From positions 1-50,042 of the forward strand of contig JAGWLG010000028.1 in assembly GCA_028864975.1 (NCBI GenBank): a stretch of 50,042 nt of DNA, in the 5' to 3' direction. A program made the translations under genes and the position numbers. The notes beneath the pieces are model-generated. The model had not been told where the DNA came from. It did not search any database and was given only the letters and a program-made list of their open reading frames with translations. The stretch is from Thermoplasmata archaeon. Lineage in GTDB: Archaea > Thermoplasmatota > Thermoplasmata > Lutacidiplasmatales > UBA184. Numbering within the stretch: the first letter of the stretch is position 1; the number at the start of each line of letters is the position of its first letter. Positions 44,666-50,042 of this stretch are shown one piece after another.

Positions 44666-45218
44666 GTGCCAGGGGTGCCCGAACGCCGCGCGTTCAACGG
44701 ATCGTTCCAATTCAGTCGAGTTCCGCTCCCGACACCCGTGAACGGGGTCGAGGTAGTCTTGCGACCCTACCTGACGGTCCGACTCAGCTACGGGAGGAAT
44801 GAGCCGATCAGGTTCACGGCGCTGGTGGACACGGGGGCGGACTTCTCGCTCGTCTCCCGAGAGGTCGCCGAGGAGCTGGGGGGTGGTCCCGGAGGCTCTC
44901 GCGGGTCCTGACTATCCGTTCCAGGGCGTGGGCTCCCGGAACGCCGCGCGTTCGGTCGAGCTTCACCTTGAGACCGGGTACAAGGATGAGGGCCTTTCGA
45001 TCGACATGCCCTTCCTGGTCATCATGAACGACGCCCTTGGGCAGACCCGGGACATCCTCCTCGGACGGCACCCTCTGTTCCACTCCTTCGACTTTGGCTT
45101 TCGCATGGGCTTCACCGACGATCCCGAGATCGGAAAGTGGACGATGCGGGAGGTACGAAAGCGCCGCGACGCGGGCAGCGTCGTCCGCAAGCCACGGCTG
45201 GTCGGACCTCCGCCCTGA
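44666..45218 (+). pseudogene. Retropepsin-like aspartyl protease split by a frameshift in a G6 run
   Basis: RPYLTVRL...ALVDTGADFSLV in one frame; YPFQGVG...DILLGRHPLFHSFDF in the next. Removing one G from 44878-44883 joins them. Confidence 0.78.
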
Positions 45219-45356
45219 GTTCTTCGACCGAGCGCGATGGCGAGACCGGGGCCTGTGCGCCTCCGAGCCAAGGATTGAGGAGCCTCACCCACCTTGAGTG
45301 ATCGCTCGGGCCCCGACGCCTGAGGGTCGTCCGAGACTTCGGGGCCTGGTATTTGG

Positions 45357-45397
45357 GAGATTTCTATCTGTACCGGCACCGATCTAGGCGCGCCCAC
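45357..45397. repeat. Distal att-like junction (attR candidate)
   Basis: Ends in a 15/16 direct repeat of the tRNA-Val 3' end. Confidence 0.7.
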
Positions 45398-45471
45398 GTT
45401 TCAAGAGTTTCGTGGCTCCCTCCTTGTCGGAACCCCAGGGAGGAACAGGGGAAACGAACGTGGAAGGGGTT

Positions 45472-45723
45472 CTACTTCCCTTCCTTGACCTCTCGGATCT
45501 CGTCCGCAACGAGACCGTGAGCTTCCTTGTGGACCTTGGCCGCAGCCTCGGCCGTGGGGGCTTCCACCAGGCAGAAGACCGTTCCGGTTTTCTCATCGAC
45601 CCAATAGCTTCGATAGTTGACCCCGTGCTTCCCCTGGACCTTCAGGTCCTTCTGGTGCGCTTCAGCGACAGCGGCGGCGGTAACTCCCTTGACGTTTCGG
45701 TGCGTGTCCATCTACAGGGGCAT
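45472..45723 (-). CDS. DUF4242 / SCO4226-family nickel-binding protein; in-frame TAG at codon 4 (M-P-L-stop-M-D-T-H)
   Basis: MDTH...AVAEAHQKDL...YWVDEKTGTVFCLVEAPTAEAAAKVHKEAHGLVADEI. ATG 45723, TAG 45714-45712, second ATG 45711; TTTAT about 28 nt upstream. Confidence 0.85.
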
Positions 45724-46329
45724 GCGGGAGGAGACCCTTCACACATCGATAAACTTGCCGCTCCGCGAAGACCTTCGGGATTGTAGCCTGGCGACCGGCG
45801 GTTCGAAACAGGGAAAGCCCATCTGTCGGTTCGCAGAACTCTGAGCACGCCGGTTCGCGAAATTACGACGACAGCAAGGGTTCCGCCATGGGAGGTCGCG
45901 GCTTCCGTTGAGAGCCATCCGTTTCCTCGATGCCCTTCTCAGCGATCAGGAGCATGACCGCGGGCGGGCCTAATCCGCGCGAGCTAGCTTGGGCGCCCCC
46001 TGGGGCAGCGGGACCTGCGACGGGTAGGGAACTCGTGGCCATCGTCCTGCGTCGTCCCTCGAAGCGGTGGGGCTTCCGCAGACAGGGCGGGCCCAGTTCC
46101 TGGGAATGGAGGCGTCCAAGTTGCCCTCGTTCGAGAAGAGCAGACATCAGCGGCCGTGCGTTCCCGCGACCTGGGACGATGACCGGTGGACCCTGGAGTT
46201 TACTCAACCCACCTTACTACTGAAGGCCTTTGGACTTGCCCTCGGGGGGAGCCATTCGGCGTCTGGCCGAGCGCTTTCCCCACGGGGTGCGAGGTCAAGG
46301 GCCGCTAATGCGGTAGGCCCAGCCGCGGG

Positions 46330-46452
46330 CTAGCCTCGCCGCTTCATCCGCATGGGGTTGCGGCGCCGACGAGCCGCGATCCTCTTCTGCCTGGCGAGAT
46401 GCGCGCGCTTCTTGTTCGCGGTGGACCTACGTTGGACGAGACCTGATGTCAT
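46330..46452 (-). CDS. Unannotated 40-aa highly basic protein
   Basis: MTSGLVQRRSTANKKRAHLARQKRIAARRRRNPMRMKRRG; SD-like GGAAGGA 5 nt upstream and TTATA at 46497-46493. Confidence 0.55.
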   Translation of the reverse strand: MTSGLVQRRSTANKKRAHLARQKRIAARRRRNPMRMKRRG

Positions 46453-46717
46453 GTATTCCTTCCGTCCGAGGCGTCCCCCATCGCTCGAGGGGTATAAGGC
46501 GGGTGGGAGAGGCGACCTCCCTCCCGCCCGTAGCCCTTGCCGAAGGAGAGCCCCTCAATGAGCGGGAAACCGCTCAAGTGCTGACGAGCTCCGCCCATCG
46601 AAGTTCGCCCTCCGATGCAAGCTGCGAAGCAACCGACCGGCCAGGTGACTCTCAGGCTCCGGAGGGCGTCCGGAAAGAGCTGATGGGGCGGAGGGAGCGA
46701 GCGCGGTGGGGAAGGAT

Positions 46718-47242
46718 ATGAAGGAGGAAGTTCAGCTTCGCAGGGCGACCCTACGTGACCTTCCGACCCTGGTTCTCCATCGTCGAGCGATGTGGGAAGC
46801 GCTCGTGGAGGTCCCCGAAGCCGCGCTCAACCGGGGAGACCGAGTGTATCGCCGGTGGCTTCGGGCTCGAATGCAAAGGGGAGACGCCGTCGCGTTCGTT
46901 GCCGAGACCCGTGGGCGGGTCCCGGTGGCGAGCGGAGCGGTCTTCGTGCGGGACATCGACCCGTCGCCCAGCGGGGTGGCGACCTCCCCGCACACCATCT
47001 CCATGTTCACGGAAAAGGGGTGTCGTGGGCAGGGGATCGCCAGGGACATCCTCCACGAGCTGCGCGATTGGTGCGAAGCTCGAGGATTCGCCGCGGTGAC
47101 CTTGTCCCCCGCGCCGAAGGCTCGCCGACTCTATCGACGGGTGGGGTTCGAGAGGGCGTGGGGTATGGTCCTGCGATTCCCCCCGCGACACCCGGGACCT
47201 CACGCTCGCCGCCGCCCGCCCCGCGGACCGCGCGAGGGCTAA
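46718..47242 (+). CDS. GNAT-family N-acetyltransferase
   Basis: LRRATLRDL, ISMFTEKGCRGQGIARDIL, ARRLYRRVGF. Start ATG 46718. Confidence 0.88.
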   Translation: MKEEVQLRRATLRDLPTLVLHRRAMWEALVEVPEAALNRGDRVYRRWLRARMQRGDAVAFVAETRGRVPVASGAVFVRDIDPSPSGVATSPHTISMFTEKGCRGQGIARDILHELRDWCEARGFAAVTLSPAPKARRLYRRVGFERAWGMVLRFPPRHPGPHARRRPPRGPREG

Positions 47243-47371
47243 CCTCGAGGTAACCTCGGCGGAGGGCTCATCTACCCCAACTCGCGTAGTAGGACCGATA
47301 CGCCTGCCCTCGGGCCTCAGCCTCTGCTGAGGTTCTTGGGGGCAGAGCTACTTCGAAGGAGGTGAAAACAT

Positions 47372-47767
47372 ATGTCTGCTATTACCGAAAAGAGACTGGG
47401 CTACGGCCTCGGTCTTCTGGGCGGCCTCCTGATCGGGCTGGCCGGGCTCGTGAGCCTGTTCACGAGCGCGGTCAACCTTGCGGTCGGACGGGCCGCGGGG
47501 GCCATCGGGTACGGGAGCGAGGGGATCGTCCTACTGATCCTCGGGGGGCTTGCCCTCCTCTTCGCGCACCTGGGGTACCGCCAGTGGAACGACCGGCCGA
47601 TCGTGAGCGGGGTCCTGCTCGTGGTCGTGGCCGCGTTGGGCTGGGGCGTCCTTGGCCTGGGGTCGAACGTGATCGCCTTCCTCGGTGCGATCTTTGTCCT
47701 CTTGGCCGGGGTCCTGTACCTCGTCGTCCCCGTCTCGACCAGGGTCGCTCAACCGGCTCCGGCGTAG
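47372..47767 (+). CDS. Small multi-pass membrane hypothetical protein
   Basis: About 4 Gly/Leu-rich TM segments; strong SD AAGGAGGTGA upstream. Confidence 0.85.
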   Translation: MSAITEKRLGYGLGLLGGLLIGLAGLVSLFTSAVNLAVGRAAGAIGYGSEGIVLLILGGLALLFAHLGYRQWNDRPIVSGVLLVVVAALGWGVLGLGSNVIAFLGAIFVLLAGVLYLVVPVSTRVAQPAPA

Positions 47768-47865
47768 GCCGTCCGGTGCCGCCGCTCGGGCGGGGGTCTT
47801 CCTTCGCCCGGGAACCCTTTCCAGCCAGTTTTCCATGACAGGGTTGAGGAAAGGCTGAACGCTCG

Positions 47866-48300
47866 TCAGCCCTGCTTCATCGCCCGCAGCTCGGCGCGAG
47901 TGGGCCGTCGTCCGACGGTGATCCAGATCCCGTCAGGGTCCTTGACGCTGGCCATCCAGCCCTCCGTCGTGCTGGGCTCGTACCCGGTGGGCCGACCGCC
48001 GTGCTTGAGGAGACGGCGATAGGCGCGCTCGAGGTCTCCCCGAGGGACCACGCCCAGGCTGAAGTCCAGGTGGTCGAGCGCGGTACCCGTGGAGTAACGC
48101 TCGAAGAACATGGACTTCGGCGGATACCAGTTGAGCTCGAGCAGATGACCCGAGCGAGGGTCACGGAGGAGGACCCAGAGACCCCCGCCCCACCCGCGGG
48201 TGTCCCCCCGCTTGACCACCCGGAATCCGAGCGCGTTACGGTAGAACCGAAGGCTGCGGGCCAGGTTGGTGACACGAACCCCGGGGTATTCGAAGCGCAT
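47866..48300 (-). CDS. VOC/glyoxalase-family protein
   Basis: GVRVTNLARSLRFYRNALGF, LELNWY, LDHLDF, SVKDPDGIWI. Start ATG 48300 (or 48348). Confidence 0.9.
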   Translation of the reverse strand: MRFEYPGVRVTNLARSLRFYRNALGFRVVKRGDTRGWGGGLWVLLRDPRSGHLLELNWYPPKSMFFERYSTGTALDHLDFSLGVVPRGDLERAYRRLLKHGGRPTGYEPSTTEGWMASVKDPDGIWITVGRRPTRAELRAMKQG

Positions 48301-48363
48301 GCGACCTCGGAAGGGCCCATCGTACTTGTAGTCGGCCGACCTCGCCATGACGGGTGGACGGCC

Positions 48364-49260
48364 ATGGCCAGCTCATCCCGTCTCGGACGCGCGCCCAAGG
48401 TCCTCGACCTCTTTCCCGACTTCGAGGAGTTCTGGGCCAGGGTCCGGGCGGACCCGATATCGAGCCAGCTCGACCGTTGGGAACGCGAGCACATGGCCCC
48501 TTGGCCCGAGCTCCTCTCGAAGCAGAAGGAGAACTATGCCGAGGAGGGATTCGACTGGAGGCGAGTCGCCCGCAAGTGGGTCTTCCCCTTCCTCGAGGAG
48601 CGCTTCCCGAGGATGCGAGCGATCCACCTCGACCTGGTTCGGAACTTGCCGAAGGCCTGGCGAAGGACCCGAAGTGCGCTGGGCATCCGGTTCCCCGTCC
48701 GGTTCGTGATCTACGTTGGCATCGGATGCGGCGCAGGTTGGGCCACGACGTACGAGGGGCGACCCTCGTGCCTCTTCGGGCTGGAAAACGCGGCGACGGA
48801 GCACGATGGGAAGGATGGGTGGACGTTCCGGACCGTCGCTCACGAGGTCGCGCACCTCGCCCACCAGCATTGGCGAGGCGAGCGCTGGGAGCACCGCCCG
48901 GACCCGTGGTGGATGCTCTACGAGGAGGGGTTCGCCACCTACTGCGAGCGACGCATCGAACCGGAAGGATTCCTTCGGCGAACGGGGAGGAAGGATTGGC
49001 TCCCTTGGTGCGATGAGCACCGCTCCTGGCTGGCCAGGAAGTTCCTGAGCGACGTGGCGGGGCGAAGGTCCCTCCGCCCGTTCTTCGGGTCGTGGTACAA
49101 TATCCGGGGCCAGATCGAGACCGGCTACTACCTGGGGTCCGAGATGATCCGCGAATGGACCGAGCGCGGATCGCTCCAAGAGGTCGCGCGCCTCCCCCTG
49201 CCTGAGGTCCGTCTTCGTGCGCGAGCGACGCTTGGGCGCCTCGCGTCGAGGTCCTCCTGA
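48364..49260 (+). CDS. Putative Zn-dependent protease (DUF2268-like)
   Basis: AHEVAHLAH (HExxH), EEGFATY, GYYLG. Start placed at ATG 48364. Confidence 0.72.
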   Translation: MASSSRLGRAPKVLDLFPDFEEFWARVRADPISSQLDRWEREHMAPWPELLSKQKENYAEEGFDWRRVARKWVFPFLEERFPRMRAIHLDLVRNLPKAWRRTRSALGIRFPVRFVIYVGIGCGAGWATTYEGRPSCLFGLENAATEHDGKDGWTFRTVAHEVAHLAHQHWRGERWEHRPDPWWMLYEEGFATYCERRIEPEGFLRRTGRKDWLPWCDEHRSWLARKFLSDVAGRRSLRPFFGSWYNIRGQIETGYYLGSEMIREWTERGSLQEVARLPLPEVRLRARATLGRLASRSS

Positions 49261-49291
49261 GAGAACTTCACGAAAGGCGACAGCGCTCCCG

Positions 49292-50041
49292 TCAAGGACG
49301 GGCCCTCGACCTCGGGCGCACCCCTACCTTGCAGGAGCGCCGGTTTAGGCCCCGGCTCCAGGCGGTGGCGCTTCCTTCTCGGAGGACCGAAATCCTTGAC
49401 CGTTCTCCGGAAGCTGGAAAAACGTGACCGCGCCACGTCCTCCATCCTTCCGTACTTCGCGGGCATCTCCGGGTTCCCTCCCTGACGGGAGCCGAGGGAT
49501 CGCGCCCTCGGGCATCATGGCGGTTGTTTCGCTCCGCCCCGTGCCGCTCGGGCACGGGGCCAGAGTCGCTCTTCCGCGCCCCCGGAGAGGGGCCCTCGCG
49601 CTCGGGGCGAACGGTCCCCTGCTCGGACGGTGGCGTGGCAGGGGAAACTCCCAGTAGACCCTTCTCCTCCCCCGGGACCTCGTAGGGCTCCGGGATCGCG
49701 GGCGGGTCCTGCCCGAGGGGGTCGCCCCCCTCGGGCCATTCTCCATTCGGTGAAGATTGGAGCGTACATTGCCTCACCAGGCGGTCCACCACCGACGCGG
49801 CCATCGCGTCCCGAGCGAGCGCCCAGGGCGTCCCCGCCTCGTGCTTGACCATCCCCCGGACCAGCAGGTTCACCGCGGCGAGCGCGTCCCGGTCGTAGCT
49901 GAGACCACAGCCCCCGCACCGTGAGGTCTTCCACGTCGGGTGGACCACCCTCGCCCCGCAGAACGGGCAGAACGTCGAGCTCCCCCGCGCGTAGACCTCC
50001 TTCGTCCCGTGGGGGTAGCGGTAGGAGAGCACCCGCTGCAG
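49292..50041 (-). CDS. tnpB: TnpB/IS200-IS605 OrfB-like nuclease, C-terminal part (5'-truncated by the window)
   Basis: LSYR...G....SSTFCPFCG....SRCGGCGLSYDRDALAAVNL = zinc ribbon plus RuvC-III. The reading frame then runs on through a low-complexity tail. Confidence 0.8.
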   Translation of the reverse strand: MQRVLSYRYPHGTKEVYARGSSTFCPFCGARVVHPTWKTSRCGGCGLSYDRDALAAVNLLVRGMVKHEAGTPWALARDAMAASVVDRLVRQCTLQSSPNGEWPEGGDPLGQDPPAIPEPYEVPGEEKGLLGVSPATPPSEQGTVRPEREGPSPGARKSDSGPVPERHGAERNNRHDARGRDPSAPVREGTRRCPRSTEGWRTWRGHVFPASGERSRISVLREGSATAWSRGLNRRSCKVGVRPRSRARP

Positions 50042-50042
50042 C

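Larger units (their letters stand above)
42110..45397. mobile_element. Integrase-less genomic islet (two tandem cassettes) at the tRNA-Val 3' end
   Basis: 45382-45397 ATCTAGGCGCGCCCAC matches tRNA 42094-42109 ATCTGGGCGCGCCCAC at 15/16. A second degenerate junction lies at 43558-43622. Cargo is TA-like and partly disrupted. Confidence 0.6.

Noticed and set aside
42110-45400. Classical integron (attC sites, intI)
   Set aside because: No RYYYAAC/GTTRRRY box pairs around the cassettes and no intI. The boundaries match the tRNA end instead.
45780-46320. Coding gene or tRNA fragment (GGTTCGAAAC at ~45800; ORFs 45863-46207 and 45930-46223)
   Set aside because: The GTTCGAA has no flanking stem, and the ORFs show no recognisable motifs. 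Probably degraded or non-coding sequence.
49600-49680. RNase P or SRP RNA (GGGGAAACTCCC resembles the P4 5' strand)
   Set aside because: The downstream conserved elements were not found in the right order and the sequence would run antisense into tnpB. Needs a covariance-model search.
1-50042. Hundreds of long alternative-frame and antisense ORFs in the track (e.g. 2644-5076 -, 13964-16846 -, 25942-27975 -, 11581-13173 +)
   Set aside because: They shadow well-supported genes, are Arg/Gly/Pro-rich without motifs, and are expected from stop-codon scarcity at this GC content.
1-50042. CRISPR array or cas genes
   Set aside because: No run of equal-length direct repeats with unique spacers was seen. 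The repeats near the tRNA are three degenerate sites 1.5-1.8 kb apart.
1-50042. Genome-wide reassignment of TAG
   Set aside because: Many confident genes end at TAG at the expected position (pgk, dnaG, fixX, nitroreductase), so only context-dependent readthrough remains possible.

Overview
GC-rich archaeal window. It carries archaeal-type DnaG, PolD small subunit DP1, XPD, a LonB-type ATPase, TATA-like boxes and a tRNA without encoded CCA. The many PKD surface proteins and the Rieske/cytochrome b/cupredoxin operon suggest a Thermoplasmata lineage (inference, no database search run). Positions 1-41.9 kb are mostly core genes interleaved with five large surface or membrane proteins. Core genes include xpd, fixCX, pntAA-AB-B, citrate synthase, mdh, panE, pgk, cutA, DP1, alkA, a NiCoT-nikR pair, a bc-like operon and dnaG. 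After tRNA-Val(GAC) at 42036-42108 lies an accessory, partly decayed region. Main leads: (1) a membrane-anchored PKD/FN3 protein whose N-terminal domain carries all lysozyme-like/SLT lytic transglycosylase motifs in order, i.e. a possible anti-bacterial wall enzyme in an archaeon; (2) two small integrase-less cassettes in tandem at the tRNA 3' end, bounded by degenerate att-like repeats; (3) a PKD-TM-winged-helix fusion clustered with a pseudo-ATPase/TPR protein and a divergent vWA-like adhesin, whose domain recurs in a paralogue 27 kb away; (4) two in-frame TAG codons at likely Tyr positions, an unannotated 40-aa basic ORF, and a partial tnpB followed by strong hairpins. All family assignments come from motif recognition by eye.
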